From Scenedesmus sp. PABB004 (Eukaryota), in assembly GCA_014905635.1 (NCBI GenBank), contig CM026548.1, positions 930,001 to 994,000 on the forward strand: a stretch of DNA of 64,000 nucleotides. Direction: 5' to 3'. Below the pieces are notes generated by a model. That model was given only the letters and a program-made list of their open reading frames with translations, searched no databases and had not been told where the DNA came from. Positions 34,797 to 46,805 of this stretch are shown here, one piece after another (position 1 is the stretch's first letter; every line of letters starts with the position of its first letter). Made by a program: the position numbers and the translations under genes.

Positions 34797-37700
34797 ATGG
34801 CGAGCGACGCGGCGGCCGGGGGCGTCGGCGCAGCGGCGGCGTCCGAGCTGGCGCGGGCGGCCAACCTGATCGAGGTGCTGGAGGCAGACCTGCGCGCGCT
34901 GTGCACCGAGGCGCGCAAGGACGGCCTGGCCACGCAGTTCACGGCGTGGGTGCAGCACACCGACATGCCGCAAATCAAGGACGCCGCGGAGCGCGCGCTG
35001 CTGCAGCTGCGCACGAGCGCGCAGCAGGGCCGCGGCGTCGAGGGCGTGCGCAGCAAGGTGCGGCGGCCGCCGCTGGCGGCGCACACCGCGCGCCGGCCGG
35101 CCGGCGGCCCTCGGCAGGGCGCGGCGCGCGCGCTGGCTGGCTGCGAGCGCGCGGCGCTGCGCGGCGGCCGACGCGGCGGCGGCCGCGCCGCAGGAGGTGC
35201 TGCGGCCCTTCCTGCTCGTCTGCGAGAGCAAGAACCCGCGGCTCATCGGCGCGGTGCTGGGCAGCATCCAGAAGCTGCTCGCCAACAACGCGGTCTCCGA
35301 CGAGGGCCGCGCGCGCGTCGTCGCGGCGCTGAACCAGGTCGAGCGCAGCAGCGACGACACGGTGAAGCTCAAAATCCTGCAGACCGCGCTCACGATGCTG
35401 CAGAGCCCGAGCAACGCCGACGACCAGGCGCGGCGGGCGCGGCGGCGGCGGGCGCAGCGGCGGCGGGCGCGGCGGCGGCGGCGCGCGGGCGCCGCCCGAG
35501 CCCGAGCCTGCCGCCCGCGCCGTGCGCCGCCGCAGGAGGCCGCGGGGCAGGTGCTGAGCCTCTGCATGCGCATCTACAGCCACAGCAAGGCCTCGCCGAC
35601 GGTCGTGAGCACCGCGGCCGCGACCGTGCGCCAGGCGGTGGCGCTGCTGTTTGACCACGCGGTCGTGGTCAGCGCCGGCGGCGTGCGCGGCAGCGACGGC
35701 GTCGCGTCGGGCCGCGAGGTCGCGGCAGTGCTGCTGCTGCAGGACCTGCTCAACATGGTCGCCGGTGCGGCGCCGGCGCGGGCACGGCGCCGCGCCGCGC
35801 CGTCTGCGGCGCGACGACGCGCGCGCCACCGCCACGGCCGCGCGCAGGCGCGCCGCCGAGCTGGCTCAAGTGCCCCCTGCTGGGGCGGCCGTTCGTGCTG
35901 GACCTGCTGGAGTTTGTGCTGATGCACCGCCCCGCCGCGTTCCAGAGCCACACAGCGTTCAAGGCGCTGCTGCAAAACAAGGCGCGCCGCCGTGGCGGGG
36001 GCTGCTGCGCGCGCCGGCCGCCGCGCTGGGCCGGGCCGCTGCGCGTGGGCCCGCCGACCCCGCCGCCGCACGCTGCGCACGCAGATGGGTCCCTCCGTGG
36101 CAGACCTGGCGCGCGCCGCGCTCGACCCGGGCGCCGACCCCGCGTCGGCGGGCGAGGCCAAGCTGCTGCTGCGCTGCGTCGGCGCGCTGCTCCGCAAGCA
36201 CGCGCTCGCGCTGCCCGACCTGGCGCTGGCGCTGATGCAGACGCTGCTGGCGGGCTGCAGCACCAACAGGCGCGCGCGCGCGCGCGCGCGCGCTCCGCGC
36301 CGCGTGCCGCGCGCGTCGTGCGACCGCCGCCGCGCCCGCGCCCCCGCCGCGCGCGCGCAGGCAGCCGTGGCAGCGCGTGCTGGCGCTGCAGGTGCTGCGC
36401 TGGGTGCTCGCGGACGCGCAGCTGCTGTACGCGCTGTTTGCTGCGTACGACATGAGCATTCACCACGACGCCAACGCGGTGCACGACTCGCTCTCCGTCG
36501 CGCTGGACATCGTCAAGGCGCGGCGCCGGCCGCGGCCGCGCGCGCCGCGCCGCGCCGGCGCCCTCGCCGGCGGCCGTGCGCTGCCGGCCCGCGAGCCCCG
36601 CGCCGCGCCGCGAGCCTGACGCTGCCGCCGCCGCCGCCGTGCCCGCCGCGCGTCAGGCCTACATGCGCGCCGCTGACGCCTCGGACGACGACCTGCTGGC
36701 GGTGCTGGGCAGCATCTACCGCACCAAGCAGGACGGCAAGGAGGCGCTGCTGGACGCGGAGGCGCTGACCGCGCCCGGGCAGGCCGGCACGGCCGAGGTG
36801 CGCGCGCCGCGCGCCGCGCGCCGCGCCGGCCCGCGCGCCGCCGCGGCGGGGCACACGTGCCCACGCCGCGCCCGCTGGCGCCCCGCCAGGCCTGCATCGC
36901 GTACCTGGCCCTGGAGGTGCTGCTGGCGGTGGTGGCGAGCGTGGAGACGCTGGCCGACGCGGTCAGCGCCGGCAGCGCCGGCGGCGCCGGCGGCGGCGTG
37001 GAGCAGCAGCTGGCGCTCGCGCCCATTGCGCTCACAGGTGGGCGGCGGCCAGGGCGCGGCGCAGCGCGCGCTCCGGCCGCGCCCCAGCAGCCCGCCGACG
37101 CGCCGCCCGCGCCCGCCCCGTGCGCGTAGGCGCGGACCGCAGCAACAGCAGCAGCAGCGGCTCGCTGCTGGGCCTCGCGCGCGGCGGCTCGATCGCGGCG
37201 GCCGCCGCCGCGGGCACGCCGCGCGCGCCGGGCACGCCCTCGACGTCGCTGGCCGACGCGGGCGCCGCGCCGCGGCCGCGCGCCAGCGGCGGCCTCGCCG
37301 CGCCGCGCGCGCCGCCGCCCGGCGCCGCCGGCGGCGCGCCCGCGGCGCCGCTACTGTCGGGGCCGGGCGCGGCGGCGCAGGTGCAGCTCACTGCGGCCAC
37401 GGTCGCGACGCTCGTCGACGTGCTGTGGCGGCCGCTGCTCGCGGGCCTCGCCGCGGTGCTCGCGCGCTGCTGGGACGCCGGCCGGCACGAGCCGGTGATG
37501 CTGGCAGTGCTCCGTGGGTATCAGAGCTACACCTACAGCGCCGGCGGGCTGGGCGAGGTCCCCGCGCGGGACGCCTTCCTCGCCGCGCTGTGCGAGGTCG
37601 CCGTGACGCCCGCGGGCGCGGCCCCCGGCGACGAGCCGCGCCCGGCGCGCGGCGGCGGCGACGGCGCGCAGGTGCGCGGCGCCGGCGCGCGCCGTTGCCT

Positions 37701-38786
37701 GGCCGCCGAGCTCACGCGCCGCGCACCGCACCGCACGCAGGCGCCCGCGCGCGGGGCGCGCCCGGCGCCGACGATGCGCCCGGCGGCGGCGCGCCGGGGC
37801 AGGGCGGCGGCGCGCTGCTGCCGCCCGGGTGCGTGGTGGGCGTGGGCGAGCTGGGCGTGAAGAACGTGCACGCGCTGCGCATCCTCTTCAACTGCGCGTA
37901 CCGCCTCGCCGACGTGCTGGGGCCGAGCTGGGTGCTCGTGGTGGAGGTGCTCTGCGTGCTCGACCGCGTGCTGCCGCCGGGCGGCGGCGGCGGCGCGGGC
38001 AAGGTGTGCGCACGCGCGCGGGAGACAGAAAGAGAGAGGGAGAGTGGGAGAGAGAGAGGCCGGGCCCCGCCGCCGCCGAGTCGGGCTCACGCGCGCCTGC
38101 CGCCGCCCGCCGCCTGCCCGCCCGCCGCGCGCGCAGCACGACGAGCCCGCGCCGGGCGGGCCGTACGGCCCCGCGAGCGTGCTGAGCGAGCTGCTGATCG
38201 TGCTGACCGTGGCCAACCAGCTCTTTGAGGCGAGCGCGTCGATGAGCCCCGACGCCCAGGTCTCGCTCATGCTCGCGCTGTCCGAGGTCTCCAGCCGCAC
38301 GCTCGCCGCCGCGGGCGCGGCCGGCGGCGCGCCGCCCGGCCCCGGCGCGCCCGGCGGCGGCGCGCCGGGCGGCGCGCTCGGCGCCGCGGGCGGGCCGGGC
38401 GGCGCCGGCGGCGGCTCTGGCGGCGCCGGCGCCGGGCTGAAGCTCACGGCGCTGAACCGCATGGTCGAGGTCCTGCTCTGCAACCTGCCACGCATTCAGG
38501 TCCGGCGCGGGGCGCGCAGCAGCGGCGGCGGTCGCCACCTCGAGGGGCGGGCGGCGGCTGCCCGCCGCCCGCCTGCTCGGGGCGCGCGCCGACCGCGCCT
38601 CGCCTGGCCGCCTGCAGGACCTCTGGGGCATCTTCCTGGCGCACCTGATGGAGGTGCTGCACAGCGGCAACGCGGCCGCGCGCGCGGCGGCGATCGAGGC
38701 GCTGGACCGCGCGCTCACGGGCGCGATCGCGGCGCCGGAGCTGGCGCTGGCGGGCGCGCAGCAGAATCAGCACGGGCAGCAGCAGG

Positions 38787-38828
<42 letters not shown>

Positions 38829-41800
38829 CTGGCGGCGGCGAGCCGGGCGGCGGCGGCGACGGCGACGGCGGGCCCGCGGGCGACGTGGAGCACATGCTGC
38901 TGGTGGCCCTGGAGTCCATGTACAAAGAGGAGCGCGAGCCGGACGTGCGCCTGGGGCTGCTGCGCGTCGCGCTGCACGTGCTCCAGCGCCACGGCGAGGC
39001 ACTCAGCAGGTGCGCGGCGCGGCGCCGTCCCGCCGCGCCCTGCTGCGCCGCGCCTCGCGCGCCGCGCGCCGCGCGGCAACCGCGCCGCCGCTGCCGCGCC
39101 GGTCCAGGGGCTGGGTGCCGCTGCTGCGGCTGCTCGCGGCGGTGCCGGCGTGGGAGGAGGGCAGCACCATCGCGGCAGCGTTCCTGTGCGTCGAGTCGAT
39201 CAGCAGGTGCGGCGGCGCCGGCCCGCGTGCCGCCGCTGCCGGCCGCCGTGCACCGCCCGCTGTCGCGCCCACGCCCGGCGCCCGGCGCCCGCGCCGCGCA
39301 GCGACTTCTTGCCCACCATGCCGAAGGCGCACCTCGAGCGCGCGCTGGAGGCGGTGTCGGGCTTTGCCGCGCAAAAGGCGGCGCTCAACGTGGCGCTGGC
39401 GGCGATCGGGCTGCTCTGGAACGCGACGGACCAGCTCGGCCGCAGCCAGGACGCCGCGGCGGCCGCGGCCGCGGACGCCGCGGCCGCGCAGCCCGCGACG
39501 CCGTCGGGCCTGCAGGGCGCGTTGGGGGGGCTGCTGTCGATGCTTACGCGGCGCCCGTCGGCGGAGGAGGCCGCCGCGACGGCCGAGGCGGCCAGGGCCG
39601 CAGCGGCGGCCCGGCAGCAGCTGCAGCGCGGCGGCAGCCTCGGCGGCGGCGCCGGCGCGCCGCCGCGGCCGCCGCCCGCGCCGGGGCTGGGCAGCGCCGC
39701 CGGCGGCGCCGCGGACGCCGAGCCGGCGGCGGGCGACCCGCACCTCGCAGGGCGCAGCGACCTGAGCGAGGCGGAGTGCACGGAGCTGCTGCTGCGCCTC
39801 TTCACCCACCTGCGCAAGGTCGCGATGGACCCCCGCCCCGAGGTGCGCGGCGGCGCGGCTGTGGCCCGCCCGCGCGCGCAGAGCCTCACACGCCCACGGG
39901 CGCCCGCGGTGCCGCCGCCCCGCGCTGCCGCCGCGCCGCCGCCGCGCCGCAGGTGCGCAACAGCGGCGTGCGCACGCTCTTCCTCGCCGTCGGCAGCCAG
40001 GCGGGCCGGCTGAGCGCGCCGTCGTGGCGGTTCTGCCTGTGGGAGGTGCTCTTCCCGCTCGTCACGTACGTCCACGTCATGGGCGACACCTCGAGCGCGG
40101 CCGAGGCGGAGGCGGTGGAGCTCGGGCGCGAGCGCGGCCGTTCGGTGCTCATGCTCACGCACCACTCGCGCAACTCGGAGCAGAAGCAGTGGTGCGCTGC
40201 TTGCGCGCCCGCCTGCCCGTGCCGCGAGGAGGGGCGTGTGCGCAGGCCGCGCGCCCCCGCGCGCTCTCGGCGGCGCGCGCCGCGCACCACGCGCGCCTCG
40301 CCGCCCCGCCCCGCCGCGCCCGTCAGGGACGAGACGACCGTGCTCGCCTTCAATGGCCTCGGCAAGGTGCTGAAGGCCAACCTCGGCACCGTGGGGTCGA
40401 TGCCGGGCTTTGACGCCAAGTGGGACGAGGTCTGCGCCATCGCGGCCAAGGCGCTCGCGTCGGGCCGCAAGGCCGTCGCCGTCGCGGCGGCGCAGCTGCT
40501 GACCGGCATGCTGCAGGCGCGCGCTGGGGCGCGGCGCGGGCTGCGGGGGCTGCGCGGGCTGAGGAGGCCGCCGCTCCGGCCCGGGCCGGCCGCGAGCCCG
40601 CGCCGCGCCGCGCCGCGCCGCAGAGCTACAAGCCACCGCCGGGGCAGGCGGCCGCCGGCGGCGCCGGCTACGCGTGGAAGCGCGCGCTCACGGCGATCGA
40701 CGAGGCCATGCCGGTGCTGGCGGCGCCGAGCACGCGCGTGCCGCTGCAGGTCGGTCCGGCGCACGCGCCGCGCTGTGCGGCCCCGCTCTGCCGCCCGCTC
40801 ACACGGCGCCGCCCGCTCACTCGCCGCCGCCGCGGCCGCCGCCGCTGCCGCCGCGCGCGGCCTGGCCCGGCAGGCACGCACCGAGCTGCTGGGCGGGCTG
40901 TCGGGCGCGGTGGGCGCGCAGGGCGTGGACGGCGCGTTTGACGGCGACGACCTGCGCCTTCTGCTGCGCTGGCTCGACGCGCTCGCGCGGCGCCCGACGG
41001 GCGCGGACGACGTGACGCCCGTGCCGGGCGTGCTGCCGCCGGTGCAAAAGGGCGTGCTCGCTGTTCTTGCACACTTCAGCGCGGTGCGGCGCGCCGGCCG
41101 CAGCGGCCCCTCTGCGCCGCGGCGACGCGACGCGACGCGCAGGCGGAGGCCGCCCGCCGCGCAGCCCGCCTGACCGCCCGCGCTGCGTCGGCGCCGCGCG
41201 GCGCAGGGCGTGCTGCCGGACGCCTGGCCTGATGTGCTGCGCACGCTGGCGGGCTTCCTCTGTCCCTTTCGGGCGATGCAGCAGCGCCAGGCGCTGGAGG
41301 CCGCCGCCGCCGCCGCCGCTGCCGCCGCGGCAGCCGCGGACGGCCCGGCCGCGGCGCCAGGCGCGCCCACGGCGGCCAAGCCTGCCGCGCCTGGCAGCCC
41401 CGGCGGCGGCGTGCTCGGCCGGGCGATGGGCAGGTGCGCTGCCCGCCGCGCGCCGCCGCGACGCTCCCCGCTGTGCGCTCGCGCAGTGGGCCACCCCTGC
41501 GCTCACGCGCGCGCTGCCGCCGCCGCGCCGCACAGGCTGCCGTCCTCCCGCCCGGGCACCGCCGTCGCCGCGGCGGCCGCCGCCGCGAGCGACGCCGCGG
41601 CGCTGAGCCACCAGTGGATGGGGAAGGTTGCTGAGCGCCTCGTCGCGATCTACCCACACGCGCCCTGGCAGGCGCGCGCAGCGCGGCCGCGCAGCGCGCG
41701 CTGGCGCAGAGGCGCCCTGGCCGGCCGGGCCGAGCGCCCGCCGCGCCGCCGCCGCCGCCGGTCGCCGCAGGTGCGCGCCACGCTGTTTGGCGCCGTCGTC

Positions 41801-43198
41801 GCCGGCCTCGGCGAGTGCGCGGCGCTGCGGCACCTGGCGCCGTGCGAGCCGCTCTGGCAGGTCGCGGCGGGCGGCCTCGTGGCGGCGGTCAACGCCGGCC
41901 TGCCCGCGGTCAACATAATGTTTGTCAACCGCCACCAGCCGCCCGAGAACGCATGGCAGGTGCTGGCGGGCGCGTTCGAGGCCTTCCTGCTCGCGCAGGG
42001 ACTCCCCGACGCGCTCGCGGCGGCGGCGCGGGAGCAGCAGCGGCAGCAGCAGGCCGCGGCGGCGGCGGCGGCGGCGGAGGCGGCGGCGGCGCAGCAGGCG
42101 CCGGCGCGGCAGCCCGCCGGGCAGGGCGCGAGGAGCGGCCGGCGGCGCAGCAGCGACGGCGGCAGCAAGGCGCGCGTGAGCAGCGGCGGCGACGGCGGGG
42201 CCGGCAGTCCAGAGGCGGCCGAGAGCAAGCTGCAGGCGCTGGTCCTGGACAGCCTGACCGACGTGGTGCTGGCGTCCTGCAGCAGCGCGCCGCACGAGCT
42301 GCGCGCGCGGCTCGTGCGCATCGTGGCCGCCGGCGCCGCGTCCACGTCCGGCCACGCCTGCTGCAGCGGCAGCGGCGGCGGTCGGGGCGCGCCCCGGGGC
42401 GCAGCCGCGCCGGGGGCCAAGCCGCCTGTGGCGGCGGCGCCGCCGCCGCCGCTCGACCACGCGGCGCCGTGCCCGCCGCCCGGCGCGCGCTTCAGCCAGC
42501 TCTGCCTGCGCAAGCTCGCGATGCTGGCGGGGCGCGGCGCGGACGGGCCCGCGGGCGGCGCGAGCGCGGTCGTGGTCGAGGTGGCGGCCATCGCGCTGCC
42601 GCTGCTGCTGGACCGCGCCGCGGCGGTGCTGGGCGCGTTCGCCGACGCCGAGGACGCGGCGCAGCCGGGCGACGCCGACGCGGCGCAGCCGGGCGGCGGC
42701 GAGACTGACACGGCGCAGCCGGGCGCCGGCGGCGCCGACGCGCAGCCCGCCGAGCCGCCGGCGCCGGAGCAGCCGGCGCAGCAGGAGCTGCTGCTGGCGC
42801 CGCCGCCGCCGCCGGGGCAGCCGGCGGCGCTGCAGCCGCGCTGCCTCGCCGACGAGGTCGCGTGCGTGCTGCGCGTGGTGGTGGCGCTGCAGCTGGACAT
42901 CGCCGTCCTGGAGGGCCTGCTGGAGCAGCACCCCCAGGCGGGCGCGTGCCTGCAGGCGGCCTACCACGCGCACATCTACCAGCAGCAGCAGCAGCAGCAG
43001 GAGCCGGCGGGCGGCGGCGCTGGCGGCGCCGACGGCGCGGGCCCAGGCGCCGGCGCCGACGTGCCCGGCCGGCAGGGGCACCTGCTGCTGCTGTACGCGC
43101 CGCTCGCGCGCTGCGTGGGCTGCCGCGACCGCGGCGTGGGCGCGCTGCTGCGGCAGGCGCTGCTCGCGGCGGGGCGGCAGCTGCTGCTGGCGGGCTAA
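34797..43198 (+). CDS. MON2: Protein MON2 homolog (Golgi/endosome trafficking, Sec7-family-related)
   Basis: LEADLRALCTEARK, IKDAAER, LRPFLLVCESKN, LKILQT, TAAATVRQAV, W|QRVLALQV, KNVHALRILFN, LGPSWVLV, NVALAAIGLLW, DPRPE|VRNSGVRTL and HHSRNSEQKQW|DET. Stop TAA at 43196-43198. Confidence 0.95.
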
Positions 43199-43256
43199 CG
43201 ACGGCTGCGCGGCTGGGCGGCGCTCAGCGTGCGCCGCCGGCAACTCTTGCCTCCCC

Positions 43257-45149
43257 TCAACCGCAATCGCGAGAGCAGCGCAGGGTCCACATGCACAACT
43301 CAGGCGGTCGCGCGCGCGCGCCGCCGCCCGCGCGCCAGGGCAGCCTCCACAGCTGCAGCGCCGCCGGCCGCGCGCCCGCGCCGCCGCCATCCCCCGGCCC
43401 GCCCCGCCCGCCGCGCCGCCACCGCGCCGCGCCGGCAGCGCGGGCGTCTTGCCGTCCCAGCCCGCGTCGCGCGCGGCCTGCATTGCGGCACCGACCGCCG
43501 CGAGCGCGTCGTAGAGGCGCTGCTGCCCCTCCGCGCCCGTCGTGCCGGTCGCCTCGGCGACCTCGCGCCGGATGCGCAGGCTGAGCTCGCCGTTCTTGGG
43601 GCGCACGCCCGCCACAGCGTCGTCAAACGTTGTATTGTATTTTATGACCAGGTTGGCCTGCGGCGAGCGGCGGCCGCGACGCAGGGCCGCGTCGGGCAAG
43701 GCGCGCGGCGGCGCGGCAGCGGGCGGTGCGCCGCGCCCCGCCGGCCCCCGCACCTCGCCGACGACGCCGCGGAACACGACCGCCCACACGATCTTGGCGC
43801 GGTGCACCTGCGCCGTGCACCGCGGCCGGCGCGCGTCGCCGCCCGCCGCGGCCGCCGCCGCCGGCGGCGCGCCGGGCCCGGCCGGGCGGCATGCCTCTGC
43901 TGCGCCCGCGCCGGCCCGCACCGTGTGCATGAATGGGAGCGGCTCGTCCGGGTCCAGCCGCGCGATGGCCGCGAGGTTTGGGAACCACGTCGCCACGTGC
44001 GTGACGCGCGAGACGTTGAGGTCCTGGCTCACCGGCCGGAACACTGCGCGGGCGCGGCGCGGCGTGCGCCGCGCGCGTGGCACGGCTGCGCGCGCGCGGC
44101 GGCCACGCGGCGCGGCGCGCGCGCGCACACGTGGGCTCATCGTCACGCGCGCGTGGTCGCAGTGCACGTCCTGCTCCACCTTGGCCGTCAGCGACGCGCG
44201 CCCGACCTTGCGGGCGGCGCGGGAGGAGGAGCGGGGAGGGGTCGCGGGGCGTGCTGCGCGCGGCGTCGCGCGGGCCCGCGGCGCCGTGCGCGCACGCCCT
44301 GCCGCGCCGCTCGCGCACCGTCTCCGGCAGCAGCAGCGGCCGGGCGCGGTGTCGGGGTCGACCTCCTTCATTTTGAACGCCAGGTCGGCGGTGCCTGCGG
44401 CGCGGCGCGGCGCGGCGTGGCGCACTTCAGGGCGCGCGCGCGCGCCGCCGCCGCGGGCGCGGCGCGGCCCCGGCGGCGCAGCTGCGGCGGCGCGGTGTCT
44501 CCCTCGCGCGGCGCCGCACCCGGCATGGCCGACGGGACGAACGCCCCCGCGGGGGTCAGCAGGCGATAGACGCGCACGCGCAGGTATCCGAGTCCCTGCC
44601 AGGGAAACGGCTTGGCCTTGGGGTGCTCGGGGTCGGGGTGCAGCGCGTGCCCGTGCCGGCTCGACAGCTGCGGTGGGATGCGGCGGGAGGTGGGCGGCGG
44701 CCATGCCGGCGGCGCGCGGGGAGGTGGGCAGCGTGCGCGCGTGCGTCCAAGCGTGCGCGCGTGCGCGCAGTTCGCGCGCGGCGCGCCTGGAAGGCGGTCT
44801 CCCGGAAGATGGACAGCGTGCGGCTGTGCGGCACGAGCTGCACGCCCGAGGCCGGGTCGGCCGAGAGGCGGCGCAGGAGCGCCTCGACCCGCCGGATCGC
44901 GCGGTCGCGGTCGCGCACCATGTGGCGGTGCGGCTGGGCCTGGAACTCCCAGGCCGACAGGCGGTCGTGGCGCATGTAGTCCTGCCACATGCACTCCGGC
45001 GCGTCGCCGGCGCCGCCGCCGCTCGCGTGCGGGGCGCCGATCGTGAGCAGCGCCGCTACCCCCGCGGCCGCGAGCAGGACGCCGGCCACGCCCGCCGCGG
45101 CCAGGGCCGCCACCGCCGCCGGGCGCGGCGGCGACGCGGCGCCCCGCAT
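43257..45149 (-). CDS. Uncharacterised N-terminally anchored protein with CYTH/triphosphate-tunnel-like motif order
   Basis: About seven exons. TM AAVAALAAAGVAGVLLAAAGVAALLTIG, then SAWEFQ, IFRETAFQL, YLRVRVY, DLAFKMKE, AKVEQDV, WFPNL, NLVIKY and GELSLRI. One junction near 44190-44345 is out of phase, and the last exon is inferred through a GC donor. Confidence 0.6.
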
Positions 45150-45362
45150 GCTCGCGCGTGCGCGGGCTGTCAGGCGACGATCAAGGCGCGCTTGCCGTGG
45201 AATCGGTGTCGGGAGACAGAGGGTTGGCGGCAGAGATGGGTGCCCGCGGCGACGGGGCAGCGGGCAGCCCGCGCGGCGCAGAACTGGGCGCGCTTCAGCG
45301 GCGCCGCCTGTGTCAGTCCCGCCGCGCCGCACGGTCTCGCTCAGCAGTATCGCGCCGCCCGC

Positions 45363-45410
45363 CCGACACTGGCCGCGCTGCCGACACTCGCCGCGCCGCC
45401 GACACACTCG
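45363..45410 (+). repeat. 18-bp period tandem repeat with CCGACAC core in the divergent promoter/5' UTR
   Basis: ccgacac at 45363, 45381 and 45399. Confidence 0.75.
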
Positions 45411-45422
45411 CTCCGCCGCAAG

Positions 45423-46805
45423 ATGGCCCGCGGCGCCCCTGCGGGGCAGCGCCGCAACTGGGCGACGCGCGTCGCGGCGTGGGCGTTCGGAGCGGGATAC
45501 CTGTGGGACTGGGCGCTCGCGATTGCGCTCATCGTCATAAATTTCACGATCCCGGGCACGGCGCTGCTGCCGCCGGGTGCGCGCGCTGCTGCTGCTGCCG
45601 GCGGCGCCGCGGCGCCGCTCCAGCCCGCTCACAGCTGCGCCCGGTGCCGCCCGCAGTGGACCGGCTGTACTTCACAGACGACCCGGCGCTGCGGTGCGAG
45701 CGGCGGCGCGCGCGAGCGGCGGCGCGCGCGCACGCGTCTCACGCGCCGCCGCGCCGCGGCGCAGCTACCCAGCGGTCGAGTCGTGGCTCAGCGAGCGGGG
45801 CAAGTTCCCGGTGGAGCTCGGCCTGCCGCTCGCGGTCGTGGCGCTCGCGCAGCTGCGCTACCGCAGCGCCGGCGACTGGTGCGCGCCGCGCGGGCTGGCG
45901 CGCGCGGCGCGCGCTGCGCCGACGCGGTGCTGCACGGCCGCCGCCGCCGCGGCAGGCACGTGTTTGCGCTCGCGCTGCTCGAGGCGTTTGCGGTCGAGTC
46001 GAGCTTCAAGAAGTGGATGAACCTCGTGGGCAAGCCCCGCCCCGACTTCCTGCACCGCCTCGCGGGCGGCGACCCCGAGGCCATCCGCGAGGGCCGCACC
46101 TCCTACCCGAGCGGCCACGCGGCCGAGACGTTCATGGCCTTTGGCCTGCTCTCGGCGTACCTGCTCGGCCGCGCGCGCGCGTTCACTGCCCAGGCGCCGG
46201 TGCGCGCGCGCCGCGCCGCGCCGCTCCGTGCCGCGCCGCGACGGCCCTCCTCCGAGGCTTTGCCCGCCCGCGCGCGCGCGCGCGCGCGCGCAGGGGCACT
46301 TTGCCCGTGTCGTGCTGTGCCTCGCGCCGCTGGGCTTTGCCGCGTTCATCACTCTGAGCCGGGTGGCCGCCTACAAGGTGTGCTGCGCCGCGCCGCGCCG
46401 CGCCGCGCCGCGCCGCGCCGCGCCGCGCCGTGCCGTGCCGCGCCGCGCCGCGCCGCGCTGTGCTGCGCCGCGCGGGGGACCAGCTGGGGCTCGTGCCGCT
46501 GCGAGCGCCGCCGCTGCCGCCGCTGCGAGCGCGCGCGACACGTCCGCCGCCGCGTCCGTCCGCAGCACGACTTTGCAGACGTGAACGCCGGCATGGCCAT
46601 CGGGCTCGGCGCGGGGCTGCTGGCCTACGCGATCAACTACCACTCGCCCTGGGACGCCGAGCGCGCGGGGCAGCCGCGCCTGCGCGCCGGCGCCGCGCCG
46701 GCGTGGGCCGAGAAGCTGCTGGGCGGCCGCGGCGGCGACGACGAGCTGGAGGGCGCGCCCGCGGGCGAGGAGGGCGCGCTGCGCGCGCCGCTCGTCGGCG
46801 CGTGA
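45423..46805 (+). CDS. PAP2-superfamily lipid phosphate phosphatase
   Basis: C1 K......VGKPRPDF, C2 SYPSGH, C3 SRVAAYK|HDFADV..G, plus several hydrophobic helices. Confidence 0.93.
   Translation: MARGAPAGQRRNWATRVAAWAFGAGYLWDWALAIALIVINFTIPGTALLPPGARAAAAAGGAAAPLQPAHSCARCRPQWTGCTSQTTRRCGASGGARERRRARTRLTRRRAAAQLPSGRVVAQRAGQVPGGARPAARGRGARAAALPQRRRLVRAARAGARGARCADAVLHGRRRRGRHVFALALLEAFAVESSFKKWMNLVGKPRPDFLHRLAGGDPEAIREGRTSYPSGHAAETFMAFGLLSAYLLGRARAFTAQAPVRARRAAPLRAAPRRPSSEALPARARARARAGALCPCRAVPRAAGLCRVHHSEPGGRLQGVLRRAAPRRAAPRRAAPCRAAPRRAALCCAARGTSWGSCRCERRRCRRCERARHVRRRVRPQHDFADVNAGMAIGLGAGLLAYAINYHSPWDAERAGQPRLRAGAAPAWAEKLLGGRGGDDELEGAPAGEEGALRAPLVGA
46385..46457 (+). repeat. (GCGCC)n intronic pentamer repeat
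   Basis: Directly visible. A degenerate form of this pentamer fills most introns in the window. Confidence 0.9.

Noticed and set aside
40817..44704. 1295-aa minus-strand ORF overlapping MON2, and other long antisense or alternate-frame ORFs
   Set aside because: Stop codons are rare at this GC content. The translations are Arg/Ala/Pro/Gly noise except where they cross true exons.
43542..46805. 1087-aa plus-strand ORF suggesting a large fusion ending in PAP2
   Set aside because: It reads through promoter, introns and the antisense of the neighbouring gene. Only parts after ATG 45423 are real exons.
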